The translations under genes and the position numbers were made by a program. Shown here piece after piece: positions 47,201-55,044 of a stretch of DNA of 64,000 nt. This DNA comes from Schmidtea nova (Eukaryota). The stretch covers positions 295,244,001 through 295,308,000 of the forward strand of contig CM097882.1 in the NCBI GenBank assembly GCA_044892505.1, in the 5' to 3' direction. How positions within the stretch are numbered: position 1 is the stretch's first letter; every line of letters begins with the position of its first letter. Under the pieces are notes generated by a model. It did not search any database and had not been told where the DNA came from. It saw nothing but the letters and a program-made list of their open reading frames with translations.

Positions 47201-48805
47201 GTCAACAATTGGATCAAGGCCAAAAAGGAAATCTTAGAATATAAATCCGCTAACAAAGCAATACCGGAGCAAGTAGAAACACAAGAATTTGAGGCAAGTA
47301 ATCTAACGACATTGGCATATGCAAAATTGATAGAAGAAATCAATGTCGAGGACGACATTTTCGACGAGCCAGGGGGAGATGACAATACAGATAGTGACGA
47401 CGGTAACAACTCAGAAAATCCAAGCGATCACGAACCACCCGATAAAGAGGAAAACGAGAGAAAAGACAAGAAACGAGACAAGGAAGGAAAGAAAGGTGAA
47501 GACGAAAAACAAAGAGATGAAGAGAGAGAACAAGGAACAAACGACCAAGGAGATAAAAATGACACCCAAAGAACAGGTTATAAATCAACCATAAAACCAT
47601 TCTTCAAACCAGAATTACTATTACTAACAATGATTATAACGTTAATTAATCCAAGTCAGGGAATGACATGTGAAGAAAGGGCAATAATACAAATAAAAAA
47701 CGCAAAAGGAATCGAACGAGTATGTTGGTCGAAAAAGGACAAAATCACGGAACAAAATAGCCCGATGGATTGCAGAATCTCAAAACACGAGCAAGAGATC
47801 ATAGAGATCAATGACTTAGATCTAGATACCTGGTACAAAATATGCACCGTTAGAAAACAAAAACATCCAAGATCACACAACACAATCGCATGTGCAAAAT
47901 ACCAAACACCTAAAGCAGCCATGACAATACAACAGTCACCCAAAGGAGATTACATCATCGGAAAATGTGGAAGAACAGAGACACAGAGAACAGAAAATAA
48001 AAAACCCCAGGCAATAGATAAGCAAACAACACCAACCCTACGAATTACAATAGAAAGGCCCGAAACAAGAATTGCCACAAACGAAACCGAAAGAGTGTCT
48101 TACCAAATGGAAGTATTATGCTTAGCACTCATACTAATAATAATAAAACGATTAGAGGAAGGAATAGAAATTGAAACTATGACAATAACAGAAGTGGAAG
48201 ATACACAGAACACTAACATAAAATGTTGGGCGAGGAATAACGAGGAAATCGGCGTAAATGAAATAAGGAAAAGTCGAAAACCCACAACAAACAAAGTAAT
48301 TAAAGTATCCGAAGTAAGAGCAGACAAGACGTACAAACTATGCCTATTAGAAAAAGAGACAAACAAGAAAGGTACCACAAAATGTAAAACATTCCAACCT
48401 GGAGAAGTAATAAAGTTCAGAAGGAGAACGAGGAAGAGAAATAAACAAATCAAACAGAAAATAAACATAACATTAGAAATAAAAGAGATAGAACCAAATG
48501 TGAAAGGAGTATGCTGGAGGAAGTACGAAAAAGAAACAAATGAAAGAAAGACACCACAATGTCGAACAAGCACAGGAGCAACGACGATACAAATAAAAGG
48601 TTTAGAAAGTAAACAAACTTATGAAATATGTCTCGTAAAGAAAAATGATCAGATAACGATAAACGACCTAGAATGCGGAATATACACCACTTCATCCGGA
48701 ACAAGAACTAAAACGATAACACGAAAAAATAAAAGAAGACAACGAAACAAAGGGAAACCGAAGTACACCACTACCTTTAAAAAAAAAACAATAAACAACC
48801 GATAA
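44216..48805 (+). CDS. Polyprotein continuation: integrase, ankyrin repeats, acidic linker, internal signal, FN3-like repeats
   Basis: HDGKLGGH..CLTC zinc-binding domain; MDVIGP, TDQGTNF, NGQTERFN (DDE); GPY; ankyrin clusters 45629-45910 and 46610-46891; signal-like LLLLTMIITLINPSQG (47615-47662). Confidence 0.93.
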   Translation: MLIQDGEKRLMCLPENRRKEIMIQYHDGKLGGHMSEKKTINRMRQKYYWRTMEEDIKEWIKNCLTCATRKDSGKKWKNPLQPMPIPAEPMTTIAMDVIGPLPESLNGNICILVITDYLTKFPEAFAMQDQKAKTVAKILVEEICCRYGTPKQILTDQGTNFMSELLNEVTNYFRIAKLRTSPYHPQTNGQTERFNGTLIRMLSNYVSRHQTDWDEYIKLCLMAYRMSIHAATKLSPFQLMYGRECNMPIDLEYQPPLSQYMEDDDYITKFKERMQEIWKTAELNIKFYQESYKDLHDQKKNVKANDLKPGDWVIIETPEIIPGTVKKLQRPGRGPYEIIYKKDNNVKVKLINRPLIRPIYVNTCRCKKVPKTITTTPENRIITRSQTARINMLRANVTEDDKAEIRQKEIRNKEIILKAREIMGRWHVRDEAGISRDIRHMISRYAQGLPTEPIISELLEKIPEILLLKDVGGQPALHNAIECKNIERAKEFLKIAKETNQNLDVGNREQETPLMTAAIHQADKEMIDLLIKAHFSWTERDREDKTVLNHVIWSSHQPMLKYIIANSTWEIDELVKGDIIKEAIKIGKCNTIRKLVKWKRPEDDTWVLDINEVYSEGQNALLRYLLKFTCDQKTLLTLLDRGNINITKNEEEYKFDKEKEALFNKIRKWCAKPLDKLITYKDINNFNEKYQTIVSEYEELVKILNHPEKCKQVLEKKERESNKKLTPLFKAEAPYQARLDAIQEKAKELLPEFENSKHALEILGALVEKVHAYAKGTYNGNDIVIIKKEMPVTFLLPKDGIMPIHRALRNGKDRKVMEIARVMQNCGSNMNMIDEKGDTLMVFAARAKTKTKVLEELYKAGAGLTGKTDKDNSILDVALLTHNWEMVNFIKTVPNQEEIDHLTDTVKKPSVLAMMNNVELTESILTWINPNTNEPAFRINKFTEHNQNWCIRSALITYKWPEILKMFMERKDLRITNSPKEEKYTGKWKELMKTYVNNWIKAKKEILEYKSANKAIPEQVETQEFEASNLTTLAYAKLIEEINVEDDIFDEPGGDDNTDSDDGNNSENPSDHEPPDKEENERKDKKRDKEGKKGEDEKQRDEEREQGTNDQGDKNDTQRTGYKSTIKPFFKPELLLLTMIITLINPSQGMTCEERAIIQIKNAKGIERVCWSKKDKITEQNSPMDCRISKHEQEIIEINDLDLDTWYKICTVRKQKHPRSHNTIACAKYQTPKAAMTIQQSPKGDYIIGKCGRTETQRTENKKPQAIDKQTTPTLRITIERPETRIATNETERVSYQMEVLCLALILIIIKRLEEGIEIETMTITEVEDTQNTNIKCWARNNEEIGVNEIRKSRKPTTNKVIKVSEVRADKTYKLCLLEKETNKKGTTKCKTFQPGEVIKFRRRTRKRNKQIKQKINITLEIKEIEPNVKGVCWRKYEKETNERKTPQCRTSTGATTIQIKGLESKQTYEICLVKKNDQITINDLECGIYTTSSGTRTKTITRKNKRRQRNKGKPKYTTTFKKKTINNR

Positions 48806-51069
48806 GCCAAGAAGTTACGACAAAACCCGAGAAAAAGACATCAGCAACTCTAACATTATGGAAAATAGAGAATAAAACATTAGAAATATGTTGGATAATA
48901 GTTCAGAAACATATAAGAAGACAATCAAGAGAGTGCAGAAAAACAAATAAAGAAATCAAGATCGAAAAACTACAATTTAATAGCGAGTATGAAGTATGTA
49001 CAATAGAAAAAACGGACGCACTAGGAAACCAACAAGAAAGATGCGAAACCTACTATACACCAGCGAACGCAACATCAAAAGGAATAACAAGGAAACTCGA
49101 ATTCAGGGAACTAAGCCAAACGAATGAACAAATGGACACAGAAAAAACAATAACCGACCCTCAAGCAAAATGGACACCCGAAGAAGTTATCAAGGAAGTC
49201 AAAAGAAAGCAAGAGGAACGGGAACAATTAATGAGAAAACTAAAGGGACAATACGGAATAATGTTCAACCAAAGCGAATCTATGCAAACAGACGAGAATA
49301 AAGAAATTAAAGAACTAATTGGCTTAGGAATACTAACAGCAACCATACCAGTAATAATCGCGTTATCAGCTATATGGCTACGCAAGATAAGCCCAAGAAA
49401 ATCAACAACCCAATGGCTAAATATAGATAATACAAGCCATGGAGTAGAAATACTAGAAGAAAAAGCACGAGAAGAACCAAATAAGAAAGAAGCGAAAAGC
49501 GGAAAACTAGGAATAAACAACAAAGACAAGGAAATAAAAGAGATTAAAGGCGAAGAGAAAAAATATGAAAGGCGAACCAGAAGCCTACCGCAGAGTTCAA
49601 AATGGTTGGGTCTAACAATAATATTGACATTAATCAATAGGGAAGAAGCAATAAACCCACAGACAGGGATAAAAGTAATAAATGTCCAGGAAGTCGAGAA
49701 AATATGTTGGTATAGAGAAGAGGAACCAATTGGAGAAAATAACCCACTAAAATGCATAATCAGAAAATCCGACCAGGATATCGTACGAATAGAAGAAATG
49801 GATGGAGGAACCATGCATCGGATATGCATAATAGAAAAGGAAAAGAAGTCGGGGCTACCTAAGACAGTCGTATGCCAGAAATATGAAACGCCTAGACTTG
49901 AATGGTATAGAGTAAAACCAACAAAGAAAGAAATCAAAAACACAATAGATCAACCAGCAACTCAGATAAAAAACATAACGGATAAACCAAGAGAAGGGGA
50001 GAGAAGCATAAATAACACGAGAAAAGGAGCATCACCCCAACAAGATGTCGTATGCATAGCGTTAATAATAGCAATGTCCAAACGTATCAACAAAGGAATA
50101 ACAATAGAACAAATGGCCATGACAATAAGGAGAAAAGGCCGGAGTAGCAACAAAATATGCTGGGGATGGTACAACGAACAAAAAGAATACCAAGTTCAGA
50201 CAAGCGACGAATCACGAACAAACAAGGAAACCGAAATACAAGAAATACAAATGGACGGAGAAGGAAGTATATGTATATGGGAGAAAGGAATCCAAGAAGA
50301 TCAACCCGGAATAGAAAAGTGCAAGACATTCCAAAAAGGAGAAATTCTGAAATTCGATGAAGAAGAATTAACCAAAACAGAAAGAACTCTGACATTAACA
50401 GGACTCGATCAGACAGTTAAAGGAATATGTTGGACAAAGCATAACCCAGAAGGGGAAGAAGACAATTTAACCCACTGTAGAGAAATAAAGAATAAAGAAA
50501 AAGTCGAATTAAAGAAAATGGAAGTAAATAGGACATACGCGATATGTACCTTCACCAGAAAAGGTTCAGAAAAACCAGAATGCGGATTATATCAGATCTC
50601 AGAGAAACTACAACAACAGATCGAACCAGGAAACGTGGAAAACCGAACAAAAGAAAATAACGTCAAAAAACTACTAAATCGCCATTGGTCTACACAAGAA
50701 GTAATGAACAAAGTTAAGAGTCAAGTACAGAAGGAGAAGAAGCCAGAGGCTCAAACCCAAAATGAGATTAAAGCGAATCAGAATAAAATCAAAGCAACAA
50801 ACCGTGGAAAAACAGTAATAGGATTAATCAGTATAGGAATATTAATAGCATATGGGATAATGACGACAAGCATGATAATATATTGGAGATACAGAAAGAG
50901 AAACAAAGCGACAGCCATACAATGGCCAGATATTAAAATTATGAAGCAAAGAATAGAAATACCAGAAGAGATACAGCAAGAATTCCAAAGAAGAACGAAA
51001 GGTAAAGAATTCTGGAAACAAATAGAAGATGAAGAAAGATACGAGGAAAAGACGATAATGATGGTATAG
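48781..51069 (+). CDS. Polyprotein tail: FN3-like repeats and TM segments; -1 frame relative to the previous ORF
   Basis: The frame is open from 48781, 117 codons before the track's ATG at 49132, and that part encodes another repeat (TLEICW..KLQFNSEYEVCT). The junction is an A10 run at 48779-48788. TMs at 49315-49380 and 50815-50886. Confidence 0.85.
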   Translation, partial: KKNNKQPISQEVTTKPEKKTSATLTLWKIENKTLEICWIIVQKHIRRQSRECRKTNKEIKIEKLQFNSEYEVCTIEKTDALGNQQERCETYYTPANATSKGITRKLEFRELSQTNEQMDTEKTITDPQAKWTPEEVIKEVKRKQEEREQLMRKLKGQYGIMFNQSESMQTDENKEIKELIGLGILTATIPVIIALSAIWLRKISPRKSTTQWLNIDNTSHGVEILEEKAREEPNKKEAKSGKLGINNKDKEIKEIKGEEKKYERRTRSLPQSSKWLGLTIILTLINREEAINPQTGIKVINVQEVEKICWYREEEPIGENNPLKCIIRKSDQDIVRIEEMDGGTMHRICIIEKEKKSGLPKTVVCQKYETPRLEWYRVKPTKKEIKNTIDQPATQIKNITDKPREGERSINNTRKGASPQQDVVCIALIIAMSKRINKGITIEQMAMTIRRKGRSSNKICWGWYNEQKEYQVQTSDESRTNKETEIQEIQMDGEGSICIWEKGIQEDQPGIEKCKTFQKGEILKFDEEELTKTERTLTLTGLDQTVKGICWTKHNPEGEEDNLTHCREIKNKEKVELKKMEVNRTYAICTFTRKGSEKPECGLYQISEKLQQQIEPGNVENRTKENNVKKLLNRHWSTQEVMNKVKSQVQKEKKPEAQTQNEIKANQNKIKATNRGKTVIGLISIGILIAYGIMTTSMIIYWRYRKRNKATAIQWPDIKIMKQRIEIPEEIQQEFQRRTKGKEFWKQIEDEERYEEKTIMMV

Positions 51070-51194
51070 GGGCGGATTATGACTGTAAATAATAGTGTAA
51101 ATAACAAAGCATTACCGTAATAGTATGGATATCGATATTATAAAAATTGTAAAAAGATAGAAAAACAAAGTAAATGATGTATATAATTTAGAAA

Positions 51195-51551
51195 ATGACC
51201 GAACAGGACGAAACAACTGAAATAACTATGGCTATGAGATGGAAAGCACAATGTGATTTATTAGTACGAACAGTCAACTCATTACAGAACCAATTAGCGG
51301 AAAGACAAATGTTATTATCAGAAAGTTATAACAACTGTTTCGAACAATTACACAGAATAGAGGAACAACAAAGAGCGATAACTGAACTCACCAGAGAAAA
51401 TCAAACGATAAGCAACACCAATCAAAGACAAGCAATAGAAATAAACCATTTAACACGAGGAGAAAGAGAAGGATCCGAAGAAGGATGGATGAGTTGGGTA
51501 ATAAATAGATTAAACAACGAAGCGGAACCAGATTCAACGAATGAGCCATAG
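51195..51551 (+). CDS. Accessory coiled-coil protein, 118 aa
   Basis: Intact ORF with heptad-like LQNQLAERQ..LTRENQ pattern and the element's A-rich codon usage. Confidence 0.75.
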   Translation: MTEQDETTEITMAMRWKAQCDLLVRTVNSLQNQLAERQMLLSESYNNCFEQLHRIEEQQRAITELTRENQTISNTNQRQAIEINHLTRGEREGSEEGWMSWVINRLNNEAEPDSTNEP

Positions 51552-51645
51552 ATAAATAAAGCGGAAAACTGTAAATATGTAAAAAATAAAAACAAGAAAA
51601 ATCCAAAAATAAATGACAAGTCGAATGTATATATTATTGTAGAAA

Positions 51646-53022
51646 ATGGACAGAGAAGAACGAATAATCGAAATTTTGAGACTAGAAAACAGAAAATGGA
51701 GCAAGAGGCTCACCTGCGGGAAATGTAGTAATTTACTACGAGAACCCAGACAAACGATATGTGGATGTAGAATATGTACAAAATGTATACAAGAATTAGA
51801 GGTAACAGGAATAACAACATGCCCAGAATGTAAAGAAGGAAGAATAGTGTTGAACGAAACTAGAACGGACAAAGCAACTCAAAGAGAAATTATGAGCACC
51901 ACAACGGAGTGCGTAAATACACCTTGTGTATGGCAAGGACAGATAAGCAATCTAGAGAACCATATGGAGAAATGCGAGGAAAAGAAAGCCGAATGCGAGA
52001 AATGCCAACAGACAATAACTCTAAAGAAGAGAGAACAACACAAGGAAGAATGTAAAGAAGAAGAAATCGCATGCGAGTATTGTGAAACTCGAGAAACGAG
52101 GAGAAAAATCGAAGAGGAACACTTAAATATAACAGAGGAGAAAGTATGCAGACAATATGTAAGTAAATGTCCAAACAATTGCGAAATAACAGAAGAAGTA
52201 AAATTACATGAACATTGGAAAGTATGTACCGAAAGACCAAGAGAATGTCCATATAACAAACAGGGATGCAAAGAAAAGCGGACGCGGCAATCAATGAAAC
52301 AACACCTAGAAGAAGCAGCACTAACGCATGTAGAAATGACAAACGAAACAACAAAAGAAACGGAACAGACACTCCAGAAATTAGAAAAAGAAGTAGAATC
52401 ACATAAGATAATGATAAGTTTACTACTAGAAACAAGAGAGCAGTTTGAACTAACTCGCGAAAGAATGGAAAAGAAAATAATAGCCATAGAAGAATTAGGA
52501 AAAGGAATGAAAATACAATATAATCAATTAATACGAGAAATTGACGAAAGAAGGGACTTACCAATCGCACCTTACCTATGGAAAGTAACAGATTTCAGAG
52601 ACAAACTAGCAGAAGCCAGAAATATGACGAAAACAGCAGTAATAAGCCCACCATTTTATTTATGGAAAAACGGGGTTAAAATAAGATTGAAAGTATACCC
52701 AAATGGAGACGGAAGAGGACAAGGAACACAAGTGTCAATATTCTTCTCACTATGTAAAGGAGAATACGATGACCTAATAGAATGGCCCTTGAAAGTAGGA
52801 GTCATTATCAGAATCAAAAGTATGGGAAAACCAGTAGAAAAGTTCTTTGAAACAGACAAACATTCGAGTACGAGCGAAAAACCAACAACAGAATGCGGAC
52901 TAGCAGCAGGAGAACCAATGTTTATAAGGAAGGAAAACCTATGGGAGCGACTATATGCAGACACGCTATACATAGAGATGGAGAGGCATGAGAAAACAGA
53001 CAGAAAAGGATGGTTGGCGTAA
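51646..53022 (+). CDS. Full-length TRAF-like protein (RING, TRAF zinc fingers, coiled coil, MATH), 458 aa
   Basis: RING CGKCSNLLREPRQTICGCRICTKC..CPEC; CVNTPCVWQG..HMEKC; MATH YLWKV..SPPFY..RLKVYPNGDG.G.GTQVSIFF.L.KGEYD.LIEWP. Confidence 0.95.
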   Translation: MDREERIIEILRLENRKWSKRLTCGKCSNLLREPRQTICGCRICTKCIQELEVTGITTCPECKEGRIVLNETRTDKATQREIMSTTTECVNTPCVWQGQISNLENHMEKCEEKKAECEKCQQTITLKKREQHKEECKEEEIACEYCETRETRRKIEEEHLNITEEKVCRQYVSKCPNNCEITEEVKLHEHWKVCTERPRECPYNKQGCKEKRTRQSMKQHLEEAALTHVEMTNETTKETEQTLQKLEKEVESHKIMISLLLETREQFELTRERMEKKIIAIEELGKGMKIQYNQLIREIDERRDLPIAPYLWKVTDFRDKLAEARNMTKTAVISPPFYLWKNGVKIRLKVYPNGDGRGQGTQVSIFFSLCKGEYDDLIEWPLKVGVIIRIKSMGKPVEKFFETDKHSSTSEKPTTECGLAAGEPMFIRKENLWERLYADTLYIEMERHEKTDRKGWLA

Positions 53023-53134
53023 TGAAGGAAGTAACCATGTAAATAAAATGTATAGAAACAATATGAATTAACAAATAATCAAAAACAATAAAAATAAAAA
53101 ATGATTAAATATTCTTTTATCTGTAATTATAGAA

Positions 53135-54196
53135 ATGGGAAATATAGAAGTAACCTTACAAGAAGTAACAGTACATCAAGACGAAATGATCAGAAATCAC
53201 ATGGAGCGGATTGGGATATGGATTCATGCCTATTATCGAAAACAGGAGGAATTGGAAAGACAAACCCAAGCACTAAGAGAAGCCGAGAAAACGAATCAAA
53301 GAAGTCGAGAAAAAATAGAAGAAGTCTACAAACTGCTAAGGCAACAAAATGAATACTACAAAGAGATGATGAAAGAGCGACGAGAGGATAGAGATAGACA
53401 ACAGATAAAAACCGACCATAAGATTCAGTCAATCACAGAACAAGCAAGATATTGGAAGAAAGAGGCAAAAGACTCTTACAAGGAAGCAAGGGAGATAATA
53501 GAACGAACAGCGTACAGCGATGATTGGAAACTGTTTAAAGAGATCGATGAATTAAAAGAGGAATTAGGGCAAAAGATCAGTCAAGAAGCGTCAAATAAAG
53601 TATGGAGTAAGAAAAGACAACAATTTATCAGAGAACAAGCCAAGAAAATAAAAGAATTAACTTATCAAGTACAAAGAATGGGAGAAGATTTAGCCAATCA
53701 AGAACAATTAAAAGGTATGCTGACCGGAATGTGGAATCACAAGGAAGAAAACATGAAAAGAGACATAAATGGATATCAAGGAGTGATCACCCAGAAGAAA
53801 ATAGAATTAAAAAGAACTAAAGAAAGAATGGAAGAAACGAGGCAGAGTTATGAAGAGAACATAACAAATTTGACAAAAGAAAACGAAGAACTGAGAAAGA
53901 AGTTGGCAGAAAAACCAACACCAATAAAAGAAACAAGTATCACAGCAGCAGTGACCGAAATGATGGAGAAGGAAGAGAGAGAGAAAAAATTGGCAGAACT
54001 AGAAAAACAAATTGAAACCCTAACAGAACAGGCGAACTATCTGGAATACTTATTAGATGAAGAGATCCAGATATCCCACACATACCGAGAAGAAGTCGAA
54101 ATGTGGAGGAGCACGGTAATATGGATGCCACTCCCCATAAATCAGGTGGAACCTCAAGACGAAGGTTTTTACGAACCCAACGAAACCCTTGTATAA
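53135..54196 (+). CDS. Accessory long coiled-coil protein, 353 aa
   Basis: Intact E/K/R/Q-rich helical ORF with no catalytic motif visible. Confidence 0.8.
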   Translation: MGNIEVTLQEVTVHQDEMIRNHMERIGIWIHAYYRKQEELERQTQALREAEKTNQRSREKIEEVYKLLRQQNEYYKEMMKERREDRDRQQIKTDHKIQSITEQARYWKKEAKDSYKEAREIIERTAYSDDWKLFKEIDELKEELGQKISQEASNKVWSKKRQQFIREQAKKIKELTYQVQRMGEDLANQEQLKGMLTGMWNHKEENMKRDINGYQGVITQKKIELKRTKERMEETRQSYEENITNLTKENEELRKKLAEKPTPIKETSITAAVTEMMEKEEREKKLAELEKQIETLTEQANYLEYLLDEEIQISHTYREEVEMWRSTVIWMPLPINQVEPQDEGFYEPNETLV

Positions 54197-54271
54197 ATGT
54201 GCGAAAACCAAGTGTAAATAAATTATGTAAAATAAAAAGTGTCAAGCTGTATTGACCGATGTATAAAAGAA

Positions 54272-54841
54272 ATGAGAAAGCTCGCAATAGCAACACTCCT
54301 ATGGTTAACAACCATTACCCTACAGAGAGAAGATCTACAACTAACCGAAACCCAATTACGAGTTCTACCCGACAAAACCTATCAGAAAGTAGACAGCCTA
54401 ATCGAAGAAGTAATTAAAGAAATCAACGAATTCCGACAGAAATTCCCCCACAATCAAGATCGTCAAATCCAACAAATCTTCGATAATCAACAACTGAAAC
54501 TAGAAGAAACCCGAAAAATCCTGAAAGAAGGTAGAGAACCCATAAAAAGCCTATCCCAAGCTGAAATAGAATATCAAGAGAAATGGATCATAGCAATCAT
54601 CATAATCCTAGCAGTCAGCACAACTATCATCGCAATCACAATCCTAATTGCCTCATATAGAATAAAAATCCTAAAACAAAAGCAGAAAATCTACAACCAA
54701 ACCTCCAGACGAGATAACCGAGCTCAAAGACGAATAAGGAGCCATCTCAACCACATTCAAACCCACTACGAGCTACAAATGATCAACGAGAGGACCCGAA
54801 CTCAACCCCAAGCGAGCCAGACGATCGAACAAATTGTATAA
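54272..54841 (+). CDS. Accessory type I membrane protein (signal, short helical ectodomain, TM, basic tail)
   Basis: ATG 54272 MRKLAIATLLWLTTITL; TM WIIAIIIILAVSTTIIAITILIAS followed by YRIKILKQK. The track start 54239 is a GTG. Confidence 0.75.
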   Translation: MRKLAIATLLWLTTITLQREDLQLTETQLRVLPDKTYQKVDSLIEEVIKEINEFRQKFPHNQDRQIQQIFDNQQLKLEETRKILKEGREPIKSLSQAEIEYQEKWIIAIIIILAVSTTIIAITILIASYRIKILKQKQKIYNQTSRRDNRAQRRIRSHLNHIQTHYELQMINERTRTQPQASQTIEQIV

Positions 54842-55009
54842 ACATTATGATAACTTATCGAACTATTGTGACAAATCATTACATTTTGACTATTTAGTGA
54901 CAAACTTTATGATATGTATAAATTCGATCACCTTATGTGATTTTTTCTTTGCATGTATAACGTTATAAAACTTTTTATGGATGATGAATATAAGTATTTA
55001 TGTATAATT

Positions 55010-55044
55010 AATTGCGGGACGCAATTTTAGGGGTCCCCGGGTGA
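55010..55044 (+). promoter_or_regulatory. Hairpin plus atypical polypurine-tract region before the 3' LTR
   Basis: AATTGCG-GGA-CGCAATT stem-loop (55010-55026) then TTAGGGGTCCCCGGGTGA abutting TG at 55045. Confidence 0.5.

Noticed and set aside
33997-54311. Many hydrophobic minus-strand ORFs (F/L/S/I-rich) inside the element
   Set aside because: They are antisense shadows of the A-rich plus-strand coding sequence and show no motifs of their own.
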